DNA of 64,000 nt from Gammaproteobacteria bacterium (GCA_965116495.1 OZ220696.1:4224001-4288000), one strand, 5' to 3'. Shown: positions 19,218-31,134, counted from the first letter of the stretch. Numbers and translations: made by a program. Notes: generated by a model from the sequence alone, not told the origin.

Positions 19218-22200
19218 TCACACACCCTGCAATTGTAGGGAACTCATACCAGTTTGATAGGCAGCTTCTAGCCGTTTTCTGCCTTTTTCACCAATGCGGC
19301 GCATGCCAAGCCATTTGCGCATTTCCACAACAGCATCATCCTGTTTACAGCCGCAATCAATAAAATAACGGGACATGGCTACGAGTTCTGGCATGGCGAC
19401 ATCTTCAGCAGCACGCTGATGAGAAAATTTTTCAACCACGCGAAAACTGTCCCAGTTGAATGCATTTGCGTTCACTAGCCACACAAATCGCAGGCTGCCT
19501 TCCGTGGTAATTTGCAGCCTGTCATTGCTTTTCAAGATCTTACCAAGTACTCGGTTGATCCGGCCTCCCACACTCTTGAACGCATGTGCCCTAGTGATCA
19601 ATTTGAACAGGACCTCCACACGAATCGGCTGCTCATGCTGAACGATCTGCTCCATCAGGCTTGCATGTGTGGCACGGTAGTGAAACTCGTAAAAACTGTC
19701 CTGCTTCAGGTGCAGATCAGTGGAAGTTGCGCTCCAGGGTATGTATTCGCACTTGCCAGGGATATCGGGCGCATCCTCTACTACTGCACCAGCAACTTTT
19801 TGCCATTCCACCACCCGGGAATCAGCATCTGAAGCCAGGCCGTCGCCATCTGTGTTCACAGAATCTGGTTGGGTACCCTCGACAACCTCTTCTTCAGTCA
19901 CGTCCATCGTATCGGTTACTTTTACTGAAGCCACATCACTGTCCTCCCCTGAAGACTCCAGCAATTCACGCAACTGCCGGTCCATCTGATCAGTACAATC
20001 TTCCGGGGTAATCCACCAGTCCGTGGACCAGACTCTCAAAATCTTCCACCCCAGATTCTTAAGGACTTGCTGACGCAGGAAGTCCCGATCTCGTGCCGTA
20101 GCAGAACGATGATAGGTTGCACCGTCACATTCGATCCCGGCAAGATACCTACCTGGCTGGTCAGGATGAACCACTCCAAGATCGATGCGAAAACCGGACA
20201 CTCCAATTTGGCTGTGAACCATCCAGCCCCGTTCCTCAAGTCGTACCGCAACCTGCTCTTCAAAGGGGGAGTCAAAAGTTTTCAAGGGCCGCTCAATCGC
20301 CTCGCCGATTGCCTTCGTGCCCCGCTTGGCAAAATCCAAGAAATGCTTCATGTCTTTCACACCGGCGGCTGCGGTGCGGGACAGGTCAATATCTTCCGGC
20401 TGCATGCTGGAATAGATACGCATTTCATTGCGGGCGCGGGTGATGGCGACGTTTAGGCGTCTTCGCCCGCCCTCCTGGTTCATCGGCCCGAAGTTCATCG
20501 ACAGTCGACCCGAATGGTCTTTCCCGTAGGTCATGGAAAAGTAGATGATCGAGCGCTCATCGCCTTGCACACTCTCAATGTTTTTCACAAAGATGGCTTC
20601 GATATTGTCTTCGGCGAAGAAAGGCTCAATTTCCGTATGATCCTGGCATGTCTTCTCCAGCAGGTCTTCAATAAGAACCTGCTGTTCCTGATTGAAAGTC
20701 ACCACCCCGATCGTCATACCCGTTTGTTTGAATTCCGGATCACGCAACCTGGCTACGATGCTGTCCACCACAGCTCGGGCCTCGGGCAGATTGCTTCGGG
20801 TGCCACCTTTCTCATACAGTCCATCCTCAACATAGTGGAACGAAACCGCGGTATCGGCTGTGGCCGGAGAAGGAAATGTGATCAGCCCGCCCCCATAGTA
20901 GTGGTGGTTGCTGAAAGTAATGAGCGACTCTTGTCGTGAGCGGTAATGCCATTTCAACTGATAGGTGGGCAAATTAGCACCCATGCACTCATCGAGGATG
21001 GACTCCAGGTCCCCGACATCGATGTCGCTATCGTTGTATTCATCCTCCTGGCGGCTGAAAAACGAGGTCGGGGGTAGTTGCTTAGGGTCACCCACCACAA
21101 TAGCCTGACTCGCCCGTGCGATGGCACCGATGGCATCCCAGGGCGTGATCTGGCTGGCCTCATCGAAGATCACCACATCAAAGGAAGCACCCTCGGGGGG
21201 CAGGTACTGGGCCACCGACATGGGACTCATCATCACGCAGGGAGTGAGCTTGAATAGATTGCTGCCAAGTTGTTCCACCAGCTGACGCACCGGCATGTGG
21301 CGGCGCTTCTTCTGAATCTCCCGACTAAGCACATGCCAGGTCGAACCTTGCGGAATATGGGTGCGCGAGGGGATCGCCTGGCTGAGTTTGGCATACACGT
21401 AGTACCGGGTAAGCTCCATGAAGTCCTGGTCGAGCTTGACAAAATCCTCAATCGTTCGCGCATGTTCGGCCGGCACGAACTTCCGGATCACGTCATCATT
21501 GTCTACGGCACAGTTCAGCCACCAGAGGTGATAGTTCACCCGAAAGGCCTCCTCGGCCGTGCTGCCTGCAAGAACGTCTTGCTCCACGGCATCTACCAGG
21601 GATTTCATGCCTTGGGTCAGGGCATCGTTTCGAACCCGCCGCCAGGCGGTCCAGGCCCTCAGCCTCGGCGCCTGCTCCACCCACTCGGCACAAGTATCGA
21701 TGGTCGTTTGCAGAAACGACGTGCCCTCGGGCCCGATATGCAAGTCGCCGCTTGCGGCAATGGTTGCACCGAGTGCCTGCTGGGCCGCCTCGTAGGTCTC
21801 CACTGCTTTTACGAACGTGCTGGCCGAGGCCTGAATCTGGCCGCTTGGGCCCAGCAGGTCGGCAGATTGAAGCAATGAAATCATCGTGGATGTGGCTTCG
21901 CGAAAGGCCTCGGGCGTTGCGAAAAGTCCACCCATGACGCCTCTGATCTGGTGGCCAAACGCTGCCGCCTGTCTAAACAGGGCCAGGTCCGTGTGGATTC
22001 CGTCGAACTTTCTGCCGATAACCGAATCAAGCCCTTTGAGTAGCCCGAATTCAGCCCTCGTTTTTCTAGCCTTGGAGAGCAAGGCGAGATCGGCGGCTTC
22101 GTCGGTGATTTTCGAGCCTCCCGAGAATGGCTTGAGCTTGGCTTTTACGGCTCGCACATCCAGCCATTTCGCCAGGAACCACTTCTCTTCGGCATTGCTC

Positions 22201-25178
22201 AACTGGGCTAGCAGGCCATCAATGTCCAGTTCGAACACGGATTCCTTGTAGGTCGCAGCCGTACTCTCAAATTGTTGGCGGTAGCTTTGTACCAGCTCCG
22301 CACCCTGTTCAAGATCGGCGATCAACTCACGACCTTCGGGGCCGAGCAAGGAGGCGTACGACTGGTTGTAGGCCTGGGGCAGGATACGCTCAAGCGCGCA
22401 AACCTGTTTCAGGTCAGCTCGGCTCATCACCTTAATTGGCAATCCCAGCAGCTTGATCCAGGACTGCAGTGCGGCTTGCAAGTCCTCCGCCGCCCGGTGC
22501 AGGGCCTTGGACTGTGCAATGGTGTCGCGTTGCCAAGAGGGCGACCAGTCGTCGGCCTCGACCCGCTGAAAGCAGCTCTTGCTGATATCGCCGATCTGCT
22601 CGACATTGGCATCAATGCGTGCAGCGATACTGGAGAATTCCTCCAGGTCATCTTCGGTGTGCGCCCGGTAATCCGGCCAGTTGAACTCTAGCACGGCCAC
22701 CGCAAGATTGTTGATAGCCACGCCGATGGCCTGGAAAATGCTGAGGCCGTTGGCGTAGGTTTTGTGGAGTTGGCGGACGTAGGCATTGAGATCTTCGCGC
22801 AGGTTCACTAGGTGCTCCGTCTGGCGTTCCCAGTTGGAGATCTTAGGATGGCTGCTTTGCCACGCCTGATCGAATTGTTGAAGCACATCCGTCTTTCTGG
22901 CTTTGCTCGAGTGCAACTCCAAGCAAAACTTGCCCAACCCCACATCACGCAGACGCCGATAGACGACATCCAGCGCAGCGGTTTTCTCGGACACGAACAA
23001 AACCTTTTTGCCGATACCAAGGAGATGGGTGATCATGTTGGCGATCGTCTGGCTCTTGCCCGTCCCGGGCGGGCCCTCGATCACGAAGTCCATGCCCTCG
23101 GATGCCGCGATGACAGCCGCCATCTGGGTGCTATCGCAGGACATGGGCAGATAGGTGTCTTTCGGATGACATTTGCGATCCATCTCCTCCGGGCGCGGGA
23201 AGTCGACGCCGTCGTTGCCCATGTAGGTGTCGCGAGGGGTATCGATCAGGTGTTTGACCAGGGGGGAGTTCTTCAGATGTTTGGTGCGTGCATCCAGGTC
23301 CGCCCACATCAGGTACTTGGCAAAACTGAACGTGCTCAGGACCATGTCTTGTGAAACCTCCCAGCCTTTGATATCGCGAACCTGCTTGCGCACGATATTC
23401 CAGATGCCTTCCACATCCAGGCCGGAATCATCCTTTGGCAACTCCTTGGACAGTTCCGGGATTTCGAGTCCGAAGTCCTGGCGAAGCATTTGCAGCAGGG
23501 TCGGGTTGAAGTGCGGCTCATCGTCATGGATGCGCAGCTTGAATGCCGCATTCACGGACCTTCTCGAAAGGCTGACCGGGATCAGGATCAGCGGCGCTTG
23601 GCAGGTTCGAGAACGGTTACCCGTCTGGGTCCAGTTCAAAAACCCCAAGGCTAGATACAGGATGTTGGTGCCGCCTTCCTCGATTGCGGCCTTTGAGGCT
23701 CGGTACAATGTGATCAGCGAGGCGCTCAGTTGGCGCTGATCGAGTGCGGTGGTGATTTTGCCGCGTCGCATGGCTTGCAGCACCTGCTCCGCGTGCAGGT
23801 CCTCCGAGTACCGCCTGCGGTGCTCCTCACCGCTTCGCGGATCATCGGGGCTGATGACTTTCTCCAGCGGTGAGAAGGTGAAAACCTGGTCCTCGGCCAG
23901 CATGTCCTCCAGTTTGCCCGGATTAGTACAGATCAAAGGCACAGCCCGCTTGGACCGCTTGAAGTTCAGCAGCCGGTTGCGCAAGGACAGGTCAAGGAGT
24001 TTGCGTTTCCAGTTTTCAACACGACGATTCGCGTCCACCACATCATCCGGGGTGGGGGCATCCGGGTATTCCACATCCTCGGGCAGATCACTCAGGTCAT
24101 CCAGGCCGGCATCGATCACCTCGTCGACTGCGGTAGCCTCCTGGCCTACCTGCGTGATCCGCTCATACAGCGGTCGAATCCGGGCCAGGCGGGATTGCTT
24201 GATATCGACCAGCAACAGAAAGCTGTCTTCATCGAACAGCTTGCCGTTGGCCTCCTGCCTTGCCTGCTTGAAACTGACGGCAGGCCGGCGCGCCACGAAG
24301 GTGGTCTCAAACACCAGAATCTCCTTGAGGTCCACCCGCTTGCGCAAGGCCTGCAGATCCTCGACCACGCTGGTGCCAAACTCCAGGTCTTCCAGCCAGA
24401 CCCCGACAAAGGCATGGCCCTTGGTGAAGATGACCAGCGAATTAAAGCCGGCCTGCTCTAGGACGCCGGCGAATAACAGGGTGGAGTCCATGCAGGTGAC
24501 CAGCCGGTGTCTCTTCACTTCCTCGGGCAGGCGGATTTTCTGGCCAGCATCCTCGAAGCTCGCGGGCGGTTCGGCATAGGCCAGATCCTGGCGAACGACC
24601 GCCGACCAGATGGCATTGACCATCTCACCAGCCCGTTTTCGACTTTTTGACTGATAGCCGTCAAGCATTGGGTTGCGGCCATTGGCCTCCAGTATCTTCG
24701 CTGCGGTTCGCAGGATTTTCTGGGTGAATGGCGAATTCGGTTGCACATAGGCGGCCAGGATTTCCGGCAATTCCTGGATCCCGCCCCATTCGTTTCGACT
24801 CAGGACTTGCACATCACTAGAGGCTGTGGCAAGCACTTCATCCCCTGCATTCAATGTGAAGTCGTAGGTGCCCCGAACTGCCTCGTTGACCTCCTCCAGA
24901 AAGCCCGGGTTGAGCTCGACCATGCAGTCGCGCAAGGAGATCTCGGCGTCAGGAGCCAGTCGGGTGATGTGCCAGACCTTGGGGTTGGCGAATCCCGGGG
25001 TGGTGGTCACCGTCAACTCCAGGTCCTGATAGCTGACTTCCGTGGGATTTTTAAGAACGATATCCCGAAGAACCGGTACCGAGTTTTGCTGCAGCGCCAG
25101 ATTTACCTTGTGGGACGCCGTAATCTCAATGGCGATCTCTTTGTTCTCCATTTCATGAGTCTCTGTCTCTGAATTCAT
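19218..25178 (-). CDS. DUF4011 + SF1 helicase + Vsr/REase-like + DUF3320 protein (Hhe-type defence)
   Basis: WKRKLLDLSLRNRLLN, GPPGTGKSQT, FDEASQ, GDPKQLPP, RRLNVAITRA, DSPFEEQV…GIECDGATYH. Confidence 0.88.
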   Translation of the reverse strand: MNSETETHEMENKEIAIEITASHKVNLALQQNSVPVLRDIVLKNPTEVSYQDLELTVTTTPGFANPKVWHITRLAPDAEISLRDCMVELNPGFLEEVNEAVRGTYDFTLNAGDEVLATASSDVQVLSRNEWGGIQELPEILAAYVQPNSPFTQKILRTAAKILEANGRNPMLDGYQSKSRKRAGEMVNAIWSAVVRQDLAYAEPPASFEDAGQKIRLPEEVKRHRLVTCMDSTLLFAGVLEQAGFNSLVIFTKGHAFVGVWLEDLEFGTSVVEDLQALRKRVDLKEILVFETTFVARRPAVSFKQARQEANGKLFDEDSFLLLVDIKQSRLARIRPLYERITQVGQEATAVDEVIDAGLDDLSDLPEDVEYPDAPTPDDVVDANRRVENWKRKLLDLSLRNRLLNFKRSKRAVPLICTNPGKLEDMLAEDQVFTFSPLEKVISPDDPRSGEEHRRRYSEDLHAEQVLQAMRRGKITTALDQRQLSASLITLYRASKAAIEEGGTNILYLALGFLNWTQTGNRSRTCQAPLILIPVSLSRRSVNAAFKLRIHDDEPHFNPTLLQMLRQDFGLEIPELSKELPKDDSGLDVEGIWNIVRKQVRDIKGWEVSQDMVLSTFSFAKYLMWADLDARTKHLKNSPLVKHLIDTPRDTYMGNDGVDFPRPEEMDRKCHPKDTYLPMSCDSTQMAAVIAASEGMDFVIEGPPGTGKSQTIANMITHLLGIGKKVLFVSEKTAALDVVYRRLRDVGLGKFCLELHSSKARKTDVLQQFDQAWQSSHPKISNWERQTEHLVNLREDLNAYVRQLHKTYANGLSIFQAIGVAINNLAVAVLEFNWPDYRAHTEDDLEEFSSIAARIDANVEQIGDISKSCFQRVEADDWSPSWQRDTIAQSKALHRAAEDLQAALQSWIKLLGLPIKVMSRADLKQVCALERILPQAYNQSYASLLGPEGRELIADLEQGAELVQSYRQQFESTAATYKESVFELDIDGLLAQLSNAEEKWFLAKWLDVRAVKAKLKPFSGGSKITDEAADLALLSKARKTRAEFGLLKGLDSVIGRKFDGIHTDLALFRQAAAFGHQIRGVMGGLFATPEAFREATSTMISLLQSADLLGPSGQIQASASTFVKAVETYEAAQQALGATIAASGDLHIGPEGTSFLQTTIDTCAEWVEQAPRLRAWTAWRRVRNDALTQGMKSLVDAVEQDVLAGSTAEEAFRVNYHLWWLNCAVDNDDVIRKFVPAEHARTIEDFVKLDQDFMELTRYYVYAKLSQAIPSRTHIPQGSTWHVLSREIQKKRRHMPVRQLVEQLGSNLFKLTPCVMMSPMSVAQYLPPEGASFDVVIFDEASQITPWDAIGAIARASQAIVVGDPKQLPPTSFFSRQEDEYNDSDIDVGDLESILDECMGANLPTYQLKWHYRSRQESLITFSNHHYYGGGLITFPSPATADTAVSFHYVEDGLYEKGGTRSNLPEARAVVDSIVARLRDPEFKQTGMTIGVVTFNQEQQVLIEDLLEKTCQDHTEIEPFFAEDNIEAIFVKNIESVQGDERSIIYFSMTYGKDHSGRLSMNFGPMNQEGGRRRLNVAITRARNEMRIYSSMQPEDIDLSRTAAAGVKDMKHFLDFAKRGTKAIGEAIERPLKTFDSPFEEQVAVRLEERGWMVHSQIGVSGFRIDLGVVHPDQPGRYLAGIECDGATYHRSATARDRDFLRQQVLKNLGWKILRVWSTDWWITPEDCTDQMDRQLRELLESSGEDSDVASVKVTDTMDVTEEEVVEGTQPDSVNTDGDGLASDADSRVVEWQKVAGAVVEDAPDIPGKCEYIPWSATSTDLHLKQDSFYEFHYRATHASLMEQIVQHEQPIRVEVLFKLITRAHAFKSVGGRINRVLGKILKSNDRLQITTEGSLRFVWLVNANAFNWDSFRVVEKFSHQRAAEDVAMPELVAMSRYFIDCGCKQDDAVVEMRKWLGMRRIGEKGRKRLEAAYQTGMSSLQLQGV

Positions 25179-25193
25179 TATTATTATTACCTC

Positions 25194-25780
<587 letters not shown>

Positions 25781-25865
25781 CCAGGAGTTTTAGGACGCAG
25801 TGCCGCCTGCCTGGGGGGACCGGGCAGCGGTACCTGGACCAGGTCACGGGGAGGGGCTCAAGAAT

Positions 25866-26608
25866 GTCAATACATCTCAAAATACTCCCTATGCTCCCAA
25901 TCCGTAGGATGCGCCAGGAACCGCCCAATCTCAGCCCGCTTTATATGCAGAAAGTAATCAATGTACTGATCCCCGAACCCGGTTCTCAATACCTTGCACC
26001 GATCCAGGGCCTCAACCGCCTGCATAAGCGAATTGGGCAACGGCGGCTTGTCGGTCTGCCCGTAGGGATCCCCCCGCACCGGCTCCCCCGGATCCGTCCT
26101 GTTCCGAACCCCGTCCATCCCGGCATATAACTGCGACGCCATGTACAGGTACGGATTAGCCGAGGGTTCCCCCGAGCGGTTCTCGATACGCGTACTCGGC
26201 TCAGCGTAACCTCCCACCAGCCTGAGCATGGCGCCGCGGTTGTCGTGGGCCCAGAGAATGCGGTTCGGCGCCAGCGGGTTGGCGTTGAGGCGCTTGTAGC
26301 CGTTGATGGTCGGGTTGGAAAAGGCGCACAGCGCGGCCCCGTGTTCGACCAGTCCGCCGATGTAATGGTAACCGGTATCGCTCAACAGGTTGTCGTCGCT
26401 GGTGAAGGCGTTGGCCCCGGTTTGCGTATTGCGCAATGACTGGTGCAGGTGCCAGCCGCTCGAATAGACGTTGGGCAGGGCGGGTTTCGCCATGAAACTG
26501 GCCAGCAGCCCGTGACGCCGCATCAGGTGTTTGACCGCGGAGCGGAACAACAGCAGGGAATCGGCCGCGGCGAGGCCGCTCAGGGGATTGAACGTCACCT
26601 CGAACTGG
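25866..26608 (-). pseudogene. Duplicated 3' half of the glutamine-synthetase-like gene
   Basis: Near-identical to ~47547-48289; the N-terminal half is missing. Confidence 0.9.
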
Positions 26609-26648
26609 TCCGGTCCCCCCTTCTTATAGGTGTCCTGGAATCACGCGC

Positions 26649-26960
26649 TCATCTTACCTCTTCAAACTGGTTTATTTTAACCTTCCCGTCAGGGAACTTT
26701 GCAGTGATCTCCAACTGTCCTCCCACTGCCTCAATATAGTTGCGCAGGGTCTGTATGTACATATCTGTACGACGCTCCAGCTTTGAAACACTGGCCTGTT
26801 TTATTCCTAAGGTCCTGGCCAATTGCTCCTGGGATAAAGCGCGTGCCCGACGCAGCTCCTGAAGCGGCATTTCATCCAGCATTGCCCGACTCAGGCCGGC
26901 TGCTTTCTCAAGCGCTTCGGGACTCATCTTCGCCCGCAATTCAGAAAATCTTTTAGCCAT
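26649..26960 (-). CDS. HigA-type XRE antitoxin
   Basis: MAKRFSELRAKM…LQELRRARALSQEQLA…SKLERRTDMYIQTLR. Confidence 0.88.
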   Translation of the reverse strand: MAKRFSELRAKMSPEALEKAAGLSRAMLDEMPLQELRRARALSQEQLARTLGIKQASVSKLERRTDMYIQTLRNYIEAVGGQLEITAKFPDGKVKINQFEEVR

Positions 26961-26961
26961 G

Positions 26962-27315
26962 TTACCTGTCACCTGCTGTTTCCTGTAAATGCTCGTCGTA
27001 TAAATCATCAGCGATTGGCAGGTACTTGTCATACCAATCATCATTGCCCGCTTTGTTTCCTCCGATGAGAAGTATCGCCACACGCCTCGGGTCGAAGGCA
27101 TAAAATATCCTGTAAGGGTCGCCTTTGTATTGAATTCTTAACTCCCTCATACGGGAATGCCGCGAATTTTTTATCCCGGAGGAATGTGGAAAAGGCAGGT
27201 TGGAACCTCTCGCTTCTAACAACCTGACTTTCGCGTCAATCGAAACCTGCAAGTCCTCATCCAGTGTAATCCACCATTCCCCGAATTCATCCGTATACTC
27301 CACTTCATATTCCAT
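26962..27315 (-). CDS. HigB/RelE (Gp49-like) toxin
   Basis: YTDEFGEWW…MRELRIQ…YAFDPRRVAILLIGGNK. Confidence 0.9.
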   Translation of the reverse strand: MEYEVEYTDEFGEWWITLDEDLQVSIDAKVRLLEARGSNLPFPHSSGIKNSRHSRMRELRIQYKGDPYRIFYAFDPRRVAILLIGGNKAGNDDWYDKYLPIADDLYDEHLQETAGDR

Positions 27316-27536
27316 TCAGTGAATATAGCCTAAAGAGAATATTTTTCAAGTGGCGGTTGCGTCCCGGTTCGGCAGGGGGAGGGAGGGGGCCAGGTATCAG
27401 AGCGGGGTGAGGACGTCGCGCAGGGCCTCACCCTGTCGGGCGGCGTAGTGCCGATGTGCCTGTAACTGGCTGTTAGCCTGTTATAAGCCGAATGTCAGGA
27501 CTCCAAATTCGTACAATCGATATAGAGCGAGCCTTG

Positions 27537-27797
27537 TCACTGAGTCGGTAACGAACCATCTTTCCTTAATTGCTCCCGTACTTCCTTCCTGACATCTTCC
27601 GGTGTTTGTTGGCTCAATCCGCTTTTTTCACCTTCAATCAAAGCAAGACGAACCGCTTCAATTCCGGTATTACGGTTCTGTCGCTCGCGAATGAGATCAC
27701 TGATAACCTCGCTTTCCGAGCGGTATTGACCGCTGGCGACCTGAGCTTTTAACCACTCATCATGGGTATCTGTAAAGGTGATGCTTTTTCTTGGCAT
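27537..27797 (-). CDS. ParD-like (CC2985-type) antitoxin; the downstream parE is degraded
   Basis: QVASGQYRSESEVISDLIR…ALIEGEKSG; broken ParE start (MVRYRLSDKA…) at ~27460-27559. Confidence 0.82.
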   Translation of the reverse strand: MPRKSITFTDTHDEWLKAQVASGQYRSESEVISDLIRERQNRNTGIEAVRLALIEGEKSGLSQQTPEDVRKEVREQLRKDGSLPTQ

Positions 27798-27960
27798 GGT
27801 CTTAGTTGCTTGGGTGTAAATGTGGTGTAATTATGCATCACAATAACTTTGATCACAAACTGACATTTACATTCAGTATTGATGTGTAAACCCGGATCAT
27901 CTATCCTTTGCATACGTCTGAATGGTTTCTGACCCTTTCTGAGAGTATTGAGGTATTAAC

Positions 27961-28167
27961 ATGAATTTCACGGCAGTTGTCGAACACTGCAAGGAAACGG
28001 GGCTGTATGTAGGCTATGTGCCAGGTTTTACGGGTGCCCATTCCTAGGGAAAACCCCTGGATGAGTTGAATAAAAACATGCAGGAAGTCATTGCCATGTT
28101 ACTTGAAGATGGTATGCCTGAACTGGAAACTGAATTTATAGGCACGCAACAAATCGCTGTAGTCTAG
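27961..28167 (+). pseudogene. HicB-like antitoxin with an in-frame stop
   Basis: MNFTAVVEHCKETGLYVGYVPGFTGAHS*GKTLDELNKNMQEVIAMLLE; TAG at 28045-28047. Confidence 0.8.
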
Positions 28168-28296
28168 AAGTGTCAAAAGTCCCTGTTCTTAATGGACCGG
28201 GTAGTTCGGGAGAGTTAGCGCCCGGCAGGGTAACCCGGTTCACCGAACCGGAGGTCAAGCAGATTCGCGAAAATACCGGCCTCTCAAGGAGGCGGC

Positions 28297-28584
28297 ATGA
28301 CCGATCTCAACATTGACGATTGCATCAACGAGACCTGCCCCTGGTCCGGCGAGCCGGTACAGGCCGACTCACTGGCCTTGTACGGCGATGATGTCGTAGG
28401 GTTCTGCAAACCGGGCTGCCGCGACAAGTTTGAAAGCGCGGTCAGGCATTTTGAAAAAGCGAGGGCGTCGAGTGTAGAACGTATCAGGCAGGCTATGTCT
28501 GAAGAAGGACGGCCGCTGGAGGAATTCACCGCTGAGTTTGAAGCAATCGCTGGCGCTATTTCAGAAAAAACAGGAGAATCTTGA
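28297..28584 (+). CDS. YHS/TRASH-like protein, copy 3, with a chimeric C-terminus
   Basis: Same core as copy 1; tail EAIAGAISE comes from ~11447-11474. Confidence 0.75.
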   Translation: MTDLNIDDCINETCPWSGEPVQADSLALYGDDVVGFCKPGCRDKFESAVRHFEKARASSVERIRQAMSEEGRPLEEFTAEFEAIAGAISEKTGES

Positions 28585-28647
28585 AATTCTGTATGGTGGT
28601 ACGATACGAGACCGGTCTCAAAACTACTTCCTTGGTTAAAATATAGT

Positions 28648-29427
28648 TCAAGCAACGCGACGCAGGAGTTTACGTTCAAGATCGTCAACCGAGGCAAGAG
28701 ACGAGATCATTTCACCCCCCACGTCAGATAACCGTGCAAGATCATTCCTCGGTATCTCAGACTGGTCTTCAAAGATCAGTAAAGATTCGAATGTGACCTG
28801 GTGCCGATGGAAATGAGATAGCATTATCGTCGTGAGACGTGCCTTATCCCGATTCGGCACACCGTATAGAAACAGGGGGGTATCAACGCCCTCTATCCTG
28901 TAGTCTACCGGATACGCTTCCCGGTTTGGTATTTCTTCCAACAGGTAATCGACCTGCATCCTATCCTCATCAACCAGACTCGTAAGTAAATCTGCAAGGT
29001 CATCATAAAACGTTGACTGTACCCTGGAACGTGAAAGAAAAGTCAGATCGTAAACTCTCGTAAGCGCCTGGCCGAAATGGAATATGGCCTCCGGCAATTT
29101 CTCAATAGACGTATCCAGACTAAATTCACCGTTATTCCAGCTTACACTTGCTTCTTCCACAAGACGTTCCAGTAGCTGTCTTCTTGTTCCTTCAAGGAAT
29201 GAATCTATGTCGTGGTCATAGCTGATATGCATAATGGTGTGACCACGGTCCGACAGGCGTACTCCACCTGCGTTGGACGCAGCAACGTGAATAGGAAACC
29301 TGTCACCGTCCGGGAACTCGAAATGAGTGCTCAGCATCAGATCACCGTCAGGGCGCGATGATAAATGAACATCTTCACAAAGCCGCTCGCACAAAAGTTG
29401 CCGTAATGAGTTGACGTCAAGAGTCAT
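28648..29427 (-). CDS. DUF1828/DUF1829-like protein
   Basis: STHFEFPDGDRFPIHV…LSDRGHT…F.QAL…STFYDD pattern. A remnant of a likely partner gene lies at 29427-~29560. Confidence 0.65.
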   Translation of the reverse strand: MTLDVNSLRQLLCERLCEDVHLSSRPDGDLMLSTHFEFPDGDRFPIHVAASNAGGVRLSDRGHTIMHISYDHDIDSFLEGTRRQLLERLVEEASVSWNNGEFSLDTSIEKLPEAIFHFGQALTRVYDLTFLSRSRVQSTFYDDLADLLTSLVDEDRMQVDYLLEEIPNREAYPVDYRIEGVDTPLFLYGVPNRDKARLTTIMLSHFHRHQVTFESLLIFEDQSEIPRNDLARLSDVGGEMISSLASVDDLERKLLRRVA

Positions 29428-29568
29428 TAAAATAACCTCGGCTGGTCACGCTCAGCCTGAATGCCCATGACGCTGTAATCTTCGATCAAGCAGGCTAAAG
29501 CACCTTCAAGAGTCACATAGCGATCGGTTTCTTCGGCCCCCCGTTCCGGTTTTTTGCCCGACGCCCCG

Positions 29569-30255
29569 TTAAGGAGCGTTTCTTTTTTCGTCCTGAAATA
29601 TACCAGGAACATCAGGATGAAAAATGCGTGCAGAAACTACCTCGTTTCTGGAGATGACAATTTGAAAATCTTCGTGTTGCAGTCCAGAAACATCTTCAAG
29701 TGATTTCTTGACCGCAGGCGTGTAATTGGTCGTAATTTCCAGTTCCAGGGTATCCTTGTCCCGATAACCACTGGCCAAGGGAATCAACGCAATATCAGGT
29801 TCGCCATGTCTTGTTATTTCGCTCCCGAGAATCAGCCCGATGTAAGACTTCCTGCTCTTCAGTGAAAGTTCAATAAATTCTTGTTCTTTAACGGACTGCG
29901 CCAGAAGCAGGTCCAGGCGGTAACCATTTTTTTGCGCTATGTGCGCGGCGGACTTTTCCCGATCGTAGAATATGTTGCCTGCAAGCGGCAACACAAGCCC
30001 TGACAGGGCGCTCCCGATAAACGGGGCAGAGTTGGAAGCCAGCGCTGATGAGATAAATATCGCATTGTCGGCAGCGCATAACTTCAAAAGAAAAATTATC
30101 ATTTACGCGAACACAAATAAAAACCCGCCTGCAATCGCTGACTGAAAAAAGACGTGGTATCCCGAAGCCCTGACCACATTGTAATTTGTGTAATGCAGGT
30201 GGGTAAGGAACCAGTAGCCGCTCAGAACGGGAACAAGATACAGACCAAACTCCAT
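29569..30255 (-). pseudogene. Membrane-anchored hypothetical gene split by an in-frame TAA
   Basis: ATG at 30255 is in frame (MEFGLYLVPVLSGYWFL…FVFA*MIIF); stop at 30103-30105. Confidence 0.6.
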
Positions 30256-30562
30256 GTGCTACGGCTCCTCAGGAAAAAGACTACTGAATTGATGTCCTAC
30301 GACCGTCCCTCAGGAGCAGCAGGTTTACGCTGTTTGAAAAACTGTGCCATTTTATTCACCGCGGCGCGACCTCTTTTACTTTTCAGCAATTCATCCGCCT
30401 TGACATACACCGTTCCCGAGTTTGTGACATAGACTTTGGGCCGCTCCCTTTGTGCACTATCTGACATAATCTTCTCCAGTAAAAATCATGTTTTTACTTT
30501 CTTAAAACTCTAGATCATTTTTTGTGATCTTTCAATGGAACTCATAACCGCCATCCACTTAA

Positions 30563-30945
30563 TTATGTAGAAATTTCCACAGTCCGCTTCCGAAAAACCT
30601 CATAACGCACCCCGGCTTTCCGGCAGGCGATCCTGATCCGGTACTCAAACCGGCCTTCCCGGCCATCCGTGTCATAAATCACCACCGCCGGTCGCTTGCC
30701 GGTCACGTGACTGAAAAACAGCGCCTGCTGTACGCTGTCCAGGCTGCTGCGCTTATCCAGGCCACCCTCGTAAACCATTGTGCCGGTCTCACAATCCACT
30801 TCCACGTAACTGCGACCGCCGGCAGACGCGTACCCATGACGGGTTTCCGTCTCCCCGTTGACCATGGCACAAAACCAGCGATTGTAATCATCCTCTGACG
30901 CAGTCGTGCGCGGCGTCGAACGGCCTGTTTCATTCATCGGCGCCA
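30563..30945 (-). pseudogene. 5'-truncated third copy of the 15009-15611 gene
   Basis: LAPMN…SEDDYNRWFC…RYEVFRKR is near-identical; the signal and YHYH part is deleted. Confidence 0.82.
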
Positions 30946-31134
30946 AATCCCATCCCCAGAACTCCAAAGTCAATATTGTACATAAATTTTGGGGTCAGGT
31001 CGCACAATGCATATCATTACGCTGAAGGGATGTGTCGCGAGTGCGTAATATGCGATCTACCCCTATCCTACAACTTACGTGAAGAAAATTCTTGAAAATT
31101 ACCTTGCGAGGTATATTGTATAAGGTAGTACTGA

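Noticed and set aside
26649-27101. 150-aa version of the antitoxin ORF
   Set aside because: The extension overlaps higB; the ATG at 26960 fits the family.
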